Source of the DNA: Mobula hypostoma
Taxonomy: Eukaryota
DNA length: 64,000 bases
Direction of reading: 5' to 3'
Assembly (NCBI RefSeq): GCF_963921235.1
Contig: NC_086097.1
Span: forward strand, 18,354,001 to 18,418,000
Below, one piece after another: positions 1-11,603 of the stretch (the stretch's first letter is position 1; every line of letters starts with the position of its first letter). The position numbers and the translations under genes were made by a program. The notes under the pieces were generated by a model. That model did not search any database. It saw only the letters and a program-made list of their open reading frames with translations, and was not told the DNA's origin.

Positions 1-1354
1 TGTTACACATAGCGTAAAACTAGAGATAATTAAGCGTTTCGATTGTGGTGAACGAAGTACTGGACAAAGTGAGTTTGGCTGGTGGAAGCTGACGAACATG
101 ATGTTGAAAAGGTTTTGGCATCCCATGACCAAGAACTGATAGATGAAGAGCTGATGCAATTGGAAGAGGAAAGGATAACAATCGAAACTGAATGCAGTAG
201 TGAAATGAACGCGAAGCAACTGCGTGAGATTTTCACTGCAATGATAAGTACGACTTTAATTTTGAAAGGGTACGTAGGTCTAGGGGATATTTGCAGGATG
301 GTTTGAGTCCTTATGAAGAACTGTATGATAGAAAAATGCGTGAGGCTCAGTAGTCAAGCAAGCCTTCCACAGCAGCCACAGCAGACGACGAACTTCGACC
401 TTCGACATCGAGGCGGGCAGTCATAGGAGAAGATGAGCTGCCTGCTCTAATGGAAACAGACGAGGAGATGACACCCCAGTGTCCCACCACCCCAACCCCC
501 AGGCCACAGACAGATACTGTACTGATTCGCAGAGAATGCAGCAGTAGCCGGGAGGCACACAGCACATCTTTAAGAAAAAAGCCGAAATAAAGATGCTAAT
601 TAATTAGGTGCCGCCCCACACTTAAATGTCGGCCCAGATCAAAGGCGATGCAATCGGCAATCAGCACTGATCTGGGCCAACAATTACGTGCCGGGCATCC
701 CCTAATTAATTAGCATGTTTATTTTGGCTTTTTTCTTAAAGATGTGCTGGGTGCGTCCCAGCTACCGATGGACCCCTGCATGCTTCGCGGTTCGGTATCT
801 GTTGGCGGCCCGGAGGGTGGGGGCCACTGCACCACCCAACCTGCGACGACTCAGTCTAACACACCATCATCAGTCTGCTCGGCGCTGTCCCGATTCCGGT
901 AAGTGATATTACACTGTACATACATTATTTCTACTTTATATAGGCTGTGTATTTTTACGTGTTATTTGGTATGATTTGACAGCTTCATAGTTTAAAGGTT
1001 ACTGGAGAGTGCTTGCTTCGTGTTTTTGCCAACAGCGCTTGCGTGAGATTTTCTGCCGACGGTGCTTGCGTGAGATTTTCGCTACAGAGAACAGTTCAGT
1101 AATCATTGTGGAGAAGTATTTCTACTTTATATAAGCTGCGTATTTATCATATCACTCCTGCTTTTACTATATGTTACTGTTATTTTAGGTTTTATGAGTT
1201 ATTTGGCATGACTTGGTAGGTTATTTTTGGGTCTGCGAACGCTCACAAAATTTTCCCATATAAATAAATGGTAATTGCTTCTTCACTTTACGACATTTCT
1301 GCTTACGAACCATTTCATAGGAACGCTCTACCTTCGGATGGCGGGGGAAACCTG
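1..1354 (+). mobile_element. Internally deleted Tigger/pogo-like DNA transposon (left end outside window)
   Basis: Start translates VTHSVKLEIIKRFDCGER (CENP-B-type HTH), followed directly by DVEKVLASHDQELIDEELMQLEEE (Tigger-like C-terminal region); no DDE core. Ends GGGGGAAACCTG followed by TA at 1355-1356. Confidence 0.75.
544..765. repeat. About 220-bp imperfect palindrome inside the Tigger relic
   Basis: gtagccgggaggcacacagcacatctttaagaaaaaagccgaaataaagatgctaattaattagg pairs with cctaattaattagcatgtttattttggcttttttcttaaagatgtgctgggtgcgtcccagctac; inner stem ggcccagatca/tgatctgggcc; loop about 26 nt. Confidence 0.9.
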
Positions 1355-1764
1355 TACTATGGCAGTAGATGGATTTTCACAACGGTTTTGCGAGCTCACA
1401 GTCACTTTCATTATTAATAGTTCTTAATTCCAGATTTACTTAACCACATCAAAATAAGACCACCAGCTGCTTTGGTTGGTTGTGAAAGTAAGACCCTAGA
1501 CCAATGGATGCCTTCAGGATGCTGGTTCAGTAATTTAATGTCTCAAACAGTGTTGATAAAACAGACAACTATTTCAGAATTAAATATGAATAAAAATAGT
1601 GATACTGCCTCAGACAGTTCTATCTGGGAAGCTGTATGTACAGTAAAAGATTAGGAAGCTACTGTCAGCAAGGAGCATATTGAAGTTGAGACTTTATGCT
1701 GGGGGAGGCCCTGAGCTTAAGGAAAAATGGAATATGCTGGTAAGCCAAGGCTACCAACCGAGTT

Positions 1765-1860
1765 CTCATGAAGGGTCTCAGCCTGAAATATCGACTGTTT
1801 ACTCTTTGCCATAGATGCTGCCTGGCCTGCTGAGTTTCTCCAGCATTTTGTATGTGTTAC
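1765..1860 (+). mobile_element. Short Penelope pLTR-derived repeat with decayed hammerhead
   Basis: atgaagggtctcagcctgaaatatcgactg...gatgctgcctggcctgctgag matches the pLTR end at 10941-11043. Confidence 0.75.
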
Positions 1861-2719
1861 TACCAACGATAGAGGCTGATTTAATGAACAAACCAAAATA
1901 TGCTCAAGACAAATTAGCTAACAGAGGTGGGTTAGAGAAACATATTTGTGGGAGGGGAGTGGATTAGATCATCATCCTTTTCCCAGGATTGGGAATAGAG
2001 TTAAACTGGAGAGGAGCATGACTTAAAGAGCACCTGACAGGAAATGTTTTCACACAGAGGATTACGGATAGATATAACAAGTTTCACGATGAAGCTGTAC
2101 GAGCAGATACAATTACAATGTTTAACAGACTTTTAGATGGATCCATACATTGAAACAAAAGGTTTGAAGGGGATGTGAGCTAAACACAAGCAAATGGGAC
2201 CAATTCAGGTAGTTGACTTGGTCACCATGTTAAGGGTCTGTTTCTATGCTGTTCAATTTAAGTCACTATGTCATGAATATGCTAAAGGAAGCTCCCGGAA
2301 AACATGAGGATAAGTTTAAGGATATGTACATCCATTGGCAATAGGAGCACCAAGACTATCCCATCTACCAAATACTATCAAGACTACAAAAGCAAACTGA
2401 AACTTAAAAAAATTCAGATACTGGTTACCTGAAATAAAATTAGATAAGGAATCTTCCATCTGAAACGTTAACTCTGTTTCTCTTTCCACAGGTGCTGCCT
2501 AATTTGACAAGTGTATCCAGCATTTTCTGTTTTTATGCCAAACCAATCTGTACCGAATGCTTAGAAACACGAGTGGAAGAAAGTTAAACAAATTAGAGAA
2601 ACACAGAGTAACAGTGAAAAAGCCACAGAGTGAATGGGCTATGCTCGTAGTGTTGGTGCAGAAGAGAAACAAGGTAATACAGTCCTGCAGAAATTATAGC
2701 GACATCTATGGAGCAGTGA

Positions 2720-3265
2720 ATGATTGACTCACACCTCACAAATTTCTACAGATGTACCGTGGAGAGCATTCTAACTGACTGCATTACTGTCTGGTATGGG
2801 GGTGGGAATACTTCACAGCACCACAATAAACTGCAGGGAGTTGTAAACTTAGTCAGCTCCATCATGGGCACTAGCCTCCGTGGTATCCAGGACATCCTCA
2901 AGGAGCGATGCCTCAAGAAGGTGGCATCCATCATTAAGGACCCCCATCACCCAGTTCATGCCCTCTTCTCATTGCTGCCATCTGGAAGGAGGCACAGGAA
3001 CCTGAAGGCAGACATTCAGCAATTCAGGAACAGTTTCTTCCTTTCTGCCAACTGACTTCTGAATGTACATTGAACTCATGAACTCTACCTCAATACTTTA
3101 TAAAAAATATATTTTTGCACTGATTATTTAATTTAGCTATTATATTATTTATTTACTGTATTTCAGTTTTTTTCTCTCTATTGTCATGTATTGCAATGTA
3201 CAGCTGCCGCAAAGATAACAAATTTCACGACATTTGTCAGTGATATTAAACCTGATTCTGATTCT
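2720..3265 (+). mobile_element. Rex1/Babar LINE 3' fragment
   Basis: LTNFYRCTVESILTDCITVWYG...IIKDPHHPVHALFSLLPSGRR...FRNSFF, followed by a 3' UTR with (ATTCTG)n tail. Confidence 0.85.
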
Positions 3266-3353
3266 GCTTTTATGTGCTGGATTGGAAGGGGTGAAACTCT
3301 TCACTATATTTAGCCCATTTTATGTCTTTGGCCGGTTTAATGAGGATGAGGTA

Positions 3354-3737
3354 GTAGGCAGCTGTCGATCCCAGGGGATCATGGGTTTGCGCCTCTGGTG
3401 GACTGTGTCCTTTCCAGGTGAAAGCCTGGGTGGGAAGATTTGAAGAACCGGCTGTTCCTCATGCAGCGGGTTCCTCCTCTCCACGTCATTGATGTCGTCC
3501 AAGGGAAGAGCATGCACCAGTACAGCTTGGTACCAGTGTCCTCGCTGAGGCTGCCAGAGTGAAGTTGTAAACAACATCAAACTGACATAGGGACCCTGGC
3601 TCTGGATTTCTTCCTCGTGGTTTCATCCCAGAGCCTTTCCCATGGGTGGGTATGGCCGCAAGGCAGCGGAGGTTTGAAATCAGAGTTTTCCTTCTCCTAG
3701 GCGGGCTGCCATCCAAGGCTAAAAAGCCCCACCTGCC
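3354..3737 (-). mobile_element. Non-autonomous RTE-derived retroposon (RTE 5'UTR-like head)
   Basis: TSD TAATGAGGATGA(G/A)GTA at 3338-3353 and 3738-3753. Minus-strand head contains taggagaaggaaaactctgatttcaaacctc, typical of RTE 5' UTRs. Body shared with the SINE at 59948-60254. Confidence 0.75.
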
Positions 3738-3829
3738 TAATGAGGATGAAGTATGGTAACACTATTTGACAATTAACATCCACAAGGGTTTGTCCCAAAA
3801 GACTTCCAACATTTTAAGGATTTAAAGAC

Positions 3830-4110
3830 CAACTTCATTTGTCACATGTACAAGGACACATACAATAAAAAGTGCCATTTGCATCAAGGATGTGCTGGAG
3901 GCAGCCCGCGAGGGTTGCCATGCCTCTGCCGTCAACATAGCATGCACAAAATTCACTAACCCTAACTCGTACGTATTTGGAGTGTAAGAAGAAATCGGAG
4001 CATCTGTGGGAAACCAACACAGTCACAGGGAGAATGTACAGTCTCTTTACAGACTGTGGCAGGAATTGAAATGCTGCTGAAAGAGTTACATTAACCATTA
4101 TGCTACCAGG
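3830..4110 (-). mobile_element. HE1/V-SINE-like SINE
   Basis: Reverse complement of the V-domain-like motif (ggagca...ggaaacc...acagggagaatgtaca...acagac). Related copies near 13720-13880(-), 14040-14345(+), 21790-22080(+), 23855-23970(+), 43720-43860(-) and 53760-54110(-). Confidence 0.65.
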
Positions 4111-5239
4111 CTGCCTCACAAAGTGTGTCTGATCTACGTTACTGAAATGATTTGGCTTCAGTGTGTGTCGATGACTGTTGGTGGCTGTAACATGGATGGT
4201 AGGGAAGAGGATGTTGACGATTAAACGTACTGCCTGCAGACTTTCTCGGACTGATAGGCAGAGGTAGATTTATTGGTTGGCCTACTTTACTGCCAATCTA
4301 TAAGTTCTGTTACCCAGAGTATGTCATTGTTCAAATTGTATGTTGCTTAAAAGGAAATCATCTAAAAGGTAGTCAGAATGCATATCCCACTGTATCATGT
4401 AGTTTAGAGTTTAAAAGAGGCAATTTAACTGAGGCTGGTCTCATCAGACTAGACGTGGTGAAGATGTTTTTGTTGACTGGGTTTCTAGGACAAATGATCA
4501 CAGCCTTAGGTTACTGAAAAGGGGATTTATAACTGAAATGAAGAGAACTTCTTTACTCAGAGTATGGTGAACCTCTGGAATTTGCTGCTAATTGGGGCTG
4601 TAGATACCAAGTCATTGAATATTTTTAGAAGGAGATAGATTCATTTTTAGAGGGATTGTAGGGCCTGGGGTAAGAGATTGAGATTGAGATTGGTATTGAG
4701 ATTGGTGATAACCCACTTTTGCATTGAATAGCAGAACAGTCCTGAAGGGCTGAATGGCAACCAATTTTCAACACTTCTATGTGTACTTACTAAACAATCA
4801 GATTGATGTACAAATGCAAAACTCTTCAAATGGAAGAACAGAACCAATGTTAAATTTATGAAACTCTCTCCAACTAATCTGAACACAATCCCTCTCTATT
4901 AACGCTATTACTATCCAAAAATCAGCACAAAGTCCCTCTTTTCTAGGATGCCTTGGGCTTGCAAACCAAATATCTCCGACCACCCAAACTTTTAAATCTT
5001 GTTGTCAATTCCTTCCACCACAGTCACAAGTTCTTCAGACTTTTTGATTCACTCCAGCATTCTTCATGCCAGAAGAACTTATACAATGTCTTTTAAAAAT
5101 TTCACAAGGGGATTATTGAACAAGGTACAACACTAATCCACAAAAGGAAATAACAGAATCAATTAAAATGGGACTGAGAGATAGGTTCGCGGAAGGGGGG
5201 AAGGGTTTATTCCAGAACATAAGGACTAGATCAAAGGTG

Positions 5240-5920
5240 TAATGTGACTTGGGAGTCCATGTGCAGGATTCCCTAAAGGTTGACTTACAGGTTGAGAAGG
5301 TGGTAAGGAAGACAAATGCAATCTTAACATTCATTTAGAGTATAAGAGCAAGGATGTAATGCTAAGGCATTATAAGGCATTGGACAGACCACACCGAGTA
5401 TTGTGAACTGTTTTGGGCCCATTACCAGATGTGCTGCTGGCATTGAGAAGGATCCAGAGGAGGTTCAGGAGTATGACTCCAGCAATGAAAGGGTTAACTT
5501 CTGAGGAGTATTTGATGGCTCTGGACCTAAACTCGCTGGAGTTTAAAAGGGGGATTTCATTGAAACATATCAAATATTGAAAGGTCTGGATTGAGCGGAT
5601 GTGGGGAGGATGTTGTTTATGGTAGGTGAGTCTTGAACCAAAGGGCACAGCCTTTAAGACAGACATGAGGAGGAATTTCTTCAGCCAGGGGGTAGTGAAT
5701 CTGTGAAATTCATCACCATGTATGGCTGTGGAGGTCAAATCATCTGATATATTTAAAGTGGAGGTTGATCTGTTCTTGATTAGTTAGGGCATCAAAGGTT
5801 ACGGGGAAAAGGAAGGAGAATGATCAAGAGGGATAATAAATCAGCCATGAAAGAATGCCAGAGCAGACTTGATGGGATCAATGGCCTAATTCTGCTCCTG
5901 TGTCTTATAGTCTTATGACT
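5240..5920 (+). mobile_element. CR1 LINE 3' fragment (decayed)
   Basis: ORF2 C-terminal remnants and CR1 3' UTR ending ggcctaattctgctcctgtgtcttatagtcttatg. Similar fragments near 1950-2260, 4380-4770 and 7550-7830. Confidence 0.8.
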
Positions 5921-6504
5921 CAGTGCAAGAAATGAAAATCCAACATTCAGCAGAGGTAACAGAGGAAGTGAGGGGCAAGGTCATGAAAGATAACAAAAAA
6001 ACGAGCGAACGGACTGTTGCAAGGTTGGGAACAGCTATAAGTCAGCAAGCGCCAGGATAATCAATAAACTGGACCTGATGCAGCAAAATGTTGGACGAGC
6101 TCCAGTTTACGGATTATGGAAGTTATTCATGGCCAGCCAAGATTTCTTCCAAATAACCTTTTATGTCTAATAAAAGTGTTTTAACGACCAGTTTCAGTGA
6201 CAGAAGAACAATTAGTTCCACTTTGATCTTCTTTCTTTTGACCCTGTTCTACATGAATAAGCTAGAGTAATAAATGTGATTAAGCTGGAGAGAGAGCAGG
6301 AAAGGTTCAAAAGGACCGGAGGGCTTGATTTTTGAGGAGGGACTGGATCAGATTCCCCTGAAGTTAAGAATGCTGTTAGGTAGTCTTACTGAAGTTTATA
6401 AAATCATGAGGGGCACAAATAAAGTGCTCATCAACTTTTTCCAAAGATTCAGATTTGAGATTGTTTAATATCATTTCCAGTACACAAGTGTAAAGGAGAA
6501 TGAA

Positions 6505-7134
6505 GGCGAGAGGAGAAGATGGCGGCACGACGCAGCGCGCGCAGCTCTCCGGTGAAATGATATCATATTTGTAAGTAGGATGCCATGCACAATTCTGATT
6601 TGATGGAGACAGACGTGAAGAAGCGCAGAGGAACATCTGGAGAAATTTCTGAAACGCCCGGTTCACTGCGGCTGCTACTGTGCGATCGAGAATCTCCGGA
6701 GGGAAGGCCCCAAAATCCCCAGCTTTGCCTACTGCTGGAGACCGAGGCTGGGGTTGAAGCATTCGGCAGAGATGGTGCTCGGTGCTCGGTGTCGGAGGGC
6801 TGATCGGAGGCTCAAAGTTTTCGGACGACTCAGAGTCGGACTGTGGTCGGGCATGGCAGGGAAAGTTTTCTTCCTTCTCCCGTCTGCGTGAGATGTGGGA
6901 CTTGCAAGAGACTTTGAACTTTTTTACTGTGACCATGGCCTGTTCTTCATCAAGTTATAGCATTGTTGCACTGTTGTAACTATATGTTATAATTATGTGC
7001 TTTTTGTTAGCTTTTCCAGTTTTGGTTTGTCCTGTGTTTCTGTGATATCACACCGGAGGAATATTGTATCATTTCTTAATGCATGCATTACTAAATGACA
7101 ATAAAAGAGGACTGTGTGTCCTCATAATCTAATC
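6505..7134 (+). mobile_element. CpG-rich non-autonomous retroposon inserted in a minus-strand Rex1 3' end
   Basis: Starts ggcgagaggagaagatggcggc. Ends with AATAAA, a GAGGAC/GTCCTC hairpin and a (TAATC)n tail. A 5'-truncated copy of its 3' end lies at about 21578-21656. Host Rex1 resumes at 7135-7540. Confidence 0.65.
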
Positions 7135-8261
7135 ATTGTTACTCTGGATCCATTGCATCACAGAAAAAAAACTCAATAAGATAAAGAACACAATAATAAA
7201 GAAACACAATAAATATAAATACATAAAAAGCTTATATACAAAGACTGATTGTATGTCTATAAAGTGACAGCAGGCACAGGAGTGACTTTGCATATGGAGA
7301 CTCTGTTGGTGGTTGGGGCCGTTGACCAGCCTTACTGCTTTTGAGTCTGGTGGTCCTGCCACGAGTGCTATGTAGCCTCCTCCCTGATGGGAGTGGGACA
7401 AACAGTCCATGAGCAGAGCGGGTGGGATCTGTTGTGCTGTTACTGGCCATTTTCTGGCACCATTCTGCATATACTGAATGTCCATGATGGCTGGCTGGTG
7501 CTGGTGAAGTGATGGGCAGTTTTGACGACCCATTGTAGAGCCTATCAGTTGTAGGGCACAGGTATCTAAAACTGGAGGGCATAGTTTTAAGTTGAGATGG
7601 GAAAGATTTAAAGGAGGTCAAGGTGGCACGTTTTTCACACAGAGGATGGTAGGCATATGGAACAAGCTACATGATGTGGTAGAGGCAGAAACATTACAAT
7701 GCTTAAAAGACATTTGGGCAGGCTCGTGGATAGGGGAAGGTTTAGAGGCATTTAGGCTAAATAGGACGAGCTGAGGAATTCATTTTTTACCAGCATAGAC
7801 AAGTTGGGCTGTTCTTCATCCTACAGAACTCTAAGAATCTGGAGGTCTCTGTCTAAACCCTCACCCCCTGCCCTTGCCTCTCTCTTAAGCCTCTCGGAAA
7901 ATGTTCCAGCAAGGCACACAGTTGCCTCCCTGATCTCTTCCAAAGTGACTGTACTAATGTTCTTTATACAGTGCCTTGAAAAAGTATTCAGTCCCCACAA
8001 CTAGTTTCACATTTTACTGTCTCATTTTCTAAACTTAGAATATACTGAAGTAGTACTTTTTTGACCTAATCTACAAAACATTGCACATCATATCAAATCA
8101 AAAAAAATTCCAAAACCTGCCAACAGTTTACTAAAAATTGAAAACCAAAATCGTGAGGCTGAAAAAGTATTCATCCCCTTTGTAATTACTATGCTAATTT
8201 TCCTCAAATAAAATATTACTTGACCAACTCACCCAATTTGCTGATGTAGAAGATTGGAGGA

Positions 8262-8404
8262 CTCAGTTAGTCCTGACAAAGGGTCTCGGCCTGAAACATT
8301 GACTGTACCTCTTCCTAGAGATGCTGCCTGGCCTGCTGCGTTCACCAGCAACTTTGATGTGTGTTGATTGAATTTCCAGCATCTGCAGTATTCCTGTTGT
8401 TTGC
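8262..8404 (+). mobile_element. 143-bp solo Penelope pLTR-end element with hammerhead motif
   Basis: Perfect 12-bp TSD AAGATTGGAGGA at 8250-8261 and 8405-8416. Sequence matches the pLTR end; the hammerhead core is mutated (CTGACAA, GAAACATT). Confidence 0.85.
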
Positions 8405-8845
8405 AAGATTGGAGGATCACCAGTTTTCAATGAATTCATGATTTCAATGAATCCCCTCTCCCTGTAAGGTCAAACAGTATGGTACATTTTCAACAGACCA
8501 AATCAAAATGAAGACAAAAGAGCATTCAAGACAAGTCAAGGAAGTTATAAAAGAGAAGCTCAAGTCTGGGGAATGGTACAAATGTGGTTCAACCAAGTAC
8601 TGATCAAAGGGGGATGAATACTTTTGAACTGCTGACGTATCAGTTTTTGAATTTTGAGTTTTTCCACTCTTTACAATTTTCCCATTTTTTAATCTCTACT
8701 GTGATTCACAAATAAAATTTCTCGGTTCAATTAATCTAAGTCCCAGGTTATAATCACGAGGAAATCTGCAGATGCTGGAAATTCAAGCAACACACATCAA
8801 AGTTGCTGGTGAACACAGCAGGCCAGGCAGCATCTCTAGGAAGAG

Positions 8846-8890
8846 GCACAGTCGACGTTTCAGGCCGAGACCCTTCGTCAGGACTAACTG
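8846..8890 (-). ncRNA. Minimal type I hammerhead ribozyme (Penelope pLTR)
   Basis: Minus strand reads AGUUAGUC-CUGACGA-AGG GUCUCGG CCU-GAAAC-GUC-GACU: intact core with palindromic helix III. Confidence 0.8.
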
Positions 8891-10941
8891 AAGGAAGAGT
8901 TAGTAAGAGATTTGAAAGTGGGAGGGGGAGGGAGAGATCCAAAATGATAGGAGAAGACAGGACGGGGAGGGATGGAGCCAAGAGCTGGATAGGTGATTGG
9001 CAAAAGGGATATGAGAGGATCATGGGACAGGAGGCCTAGGGAGAAAGAGAAGGGGGAGGGGGAAAAACCCCAGAGGATGGGCAAGAGGTTTAGTGAGAGG
9101 GACAGAGGGAGAAAAAGGAGAGAGAGAAAAAAAGAACGTGTGTATAAAAATGAGTAACAGATGGGGTACGAGGGGGAGGTGGGGCCTTAGCGGAAGTTTG
9201 AGAAGTCGATGTTCATGCCATTAGGTTGGAGGCTACCTAGACGGAATATAAGGTGTTGTTCCTCCAACCTGAGTGTGGCTTCATCTTTACAGTAGAGGAG
9301 GCTGTGGATGGACATATCAGAATGGGAACGGGACGTGGAATTAAAATGTGTGGCCACTGGGAGATCCTGCTTTCTCTGGCAGACAGAGCGTAGGTGTTCA
9401 GCAAAACGATATCCCAGTCTGCGTCAGGTCTCGCCAATATATAGAAGGCCACATCGGGAGCACCGGATGCAGTATATCACCCCAGCCGACTCACAGGTGA
9501 AGTGTTGCCTCACCTGGAAGGACTGTCTGGGGCCCTGAATGGTGGTAAGGGAGGAAGTGTAAGGGCATGTGTAGCACTTGTTCCAACGACTGCATTGGCG
9601 CTGCTTCCTGCATGCATGCTGAGCTCGTTGACTTCATTAACTTTGCCTCCAACTTTCACCCTGCCCTCAAGTTTACCTGATCCATTTCTGACACCTCCCT
9701 CCCCTTTCTAGATCTTTCTGTCTCTGTCTCTGGAGACAGCTTATCCACTGATGTCTACTATAAGCCTACTGACTCTCACAGCTGTCTGGACCATTCCTCT
9801 TCTCACCGTGTCTCTTGCAAAAATGCCATCCCCTTCTCGCAATTCCACTGTCTCTGCCGCATCTGCTCTCAGGATGAGGCTTTTCATTCCAGGACGAGGG
9901 AGATGTCCTCCTTTTTTAAAGAAAAGGGCTTCCCTTCCTCCACCATCAACTCTGCTCTCAAACGCATCTCCCCCATTTCACGCACATCTGCTCTCAATCC
10001 ATCCTCCCGCCACCCCACTAGGAATAGGGTTCCCCTTGTCCTCACCTACCACTCCACCAGCCTCCGGGTCCAACATATTATTCTCCGTAACTTCCGCTAC
10101 CTCCAACGGGATCCCACCACTAAGCACATCTTTCCCTTCACCCTCTCTCTGTTTTCCACAGGGATCGTTCCCTACTCAACTCCCTTGTCCATTCGTCCCC
10201 CCCGTCCCTCCCCACTGATCTCCCTTCTGTCACTTATCCTTGTAAGCGGAACAAGTGCTACACATGCCTTTACACTTCCTCCCTTACCACCATTCAGGGC
10301 CCCAGACAGTCCTTCCAGGTGAGGCGACACTTCACCTGTGAGTCAGCTGGGGTGACATACTGCGTCTAGTGTTCCCGATGTGGCCTTCTATATATTGGCG
10401 AGACCCGATGCAGACTGGGAGATCATTTCGCTGAACACCTACGCTCTGTCCACTAGAGAAGGCAGGATCTCCCAGTGGCCACTCATTTTAATTCCACGTC
10501 CCATTCCCATTCTGATATGTCTATCCACGGCCTCCTCTACTGTAAAGATGAAGCCACACTCAGGTTGGAGGAACAACACCTTATATTCCGTCTGGGTAGG
10601 CTCCAACCTGATGGCATGAACATTGACTTGTCAAACTTCCGCTAATGCCCCACCTCCCCGTCGTACCCCATCCGTTATTTATTTATATACACACATTCTT
10701 TTTTTCTCTCTCTCATTTTTCTCCCTCTGTCCCTCTCACTATACCCCTTGCCCATCCTCTGGAGTTTCCCCCCTCCCCCTTTTCCTTCTCCCTGGGCCTC
10801 TCGTCCCATGATCCTCTCGTATCCCTTTTGCCTATCACCTGTCCAGCTCTTGGCTCCATCCCTCCCCCTCCTGTCTTCTCCTATCATTTTGGATCTCCCC
10901 CTCCCCCTCCCACTTTCAAATCTCTTACTAACTCTTCTTTC

Positions 10942-10987
10942 AGTTAGTCCTGACGAAGGGTCTTGGCCTGAAACGTCGACTGTAACT
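10942..10987 (+). ncRNA. Minimal type I hammerhead ribozyme (Penelope pLTR)
   Basis: AGUUAGUC (helix I), CUGACGA at 10950-10956, helix II AGG/CCU, GAAAC at 10970-10974, cleavage triplet GUC at 10975-10977, then GACUGUAACU pairing back to helix I with a 2-nt bulge. Confidence 0.85.
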
Positions 10988-11588
10988 CTTCCTAGAGATG
11001 CTGCCTGGCCTGCTGCGTTCACCAGCAACTTTAATGTGTGTTGCCCAGGTTGTAATAGTCATTTATGTGAACAAAGGGTCGAGGCTGAATACTTTTACAA
11101 TGCACTGTATCTAGCTTATTCCTTTCCTTTCTCAGCATTTTTCTAAAGTTAATAAATGTTTTGTTAGTGCAATATGCTGCCACAAAACCACATATTTCAT
11201 GACATATGCCAGTGATAATAAACGTGATTCTGATTCTTTTGTACCTTTAACGTACTCTTGGCAAAATGCAATTCTCGGCATCACTTCCACAGACAGTTAG
11301 TTATAAAGTTTTTCACCCAGAAGGTACTTAAATACATTATATGGAAGAGCAGTCGCAGCACATTCTCTTTATCACACGGAGCCCATACAGTGGTGGCATT
11401 CCACACACACACATACACACTACTTAACAGCAAATTAAATTGGTAAATGAAAATTGATCTGAGCCCTCCTCTATGGAAGATATAATCTGCCACTGCCACA
11501 AAAAGCAAGCAAGCTTCCTCTCGTCATGTTGCTGTCTGCCGGCGAATGGAGGGTCTAACTTGGAGTTACATGTGCTCCAGAATTAGTT

Positions 11589-11603
11589 AGGTCAAAATGA
11601 CCT
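11589..11603. promoter_or_regulatory. Perfect palindromic nuclear-receptor IR3 site (consensus estrogen response element)
   Basis: AGGTCA-AAA-TGACCT, overlapping TGACGT at 11603-11608, in a stretch with no recognisable repeat. Function untested. Confidence 0.4.

Larger units (their letters stand above)
8755..11043 (+). mobile_element. Penelope-like element, 5'-truncated with inverted 5' arm (RT C-terminus plus GIY-YIG endonuclease, disrupted)
   Basis: TSD CCCAGGTT(A/G)TAAT at 8742-8754 and 11044-11056. Plus arm from 9585 encodes RT remnants (..DCIGAASC), NRVPLVLTYH, and GIY-YIG FTCESAGVTYCV*CSRCGLLYIGETR. 8788-9584 is an inverted copy of 10248-11043. Confidence 0.9.
7969..11107 (+). mobile_element. 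Internally deleted Tc1-like (IR/DR type) transposon hosting two Penelope insertions
   Basis: TA-flanked TIRs cagtgccttgaaaaagtattca / tgaatacttttacaatgcactg. Inner repeats at 8161-8180 and 8607-8625. Transposase start MKTKEHSRQVKEVIKEKLKSG from 8508. Confidence 0.85.
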
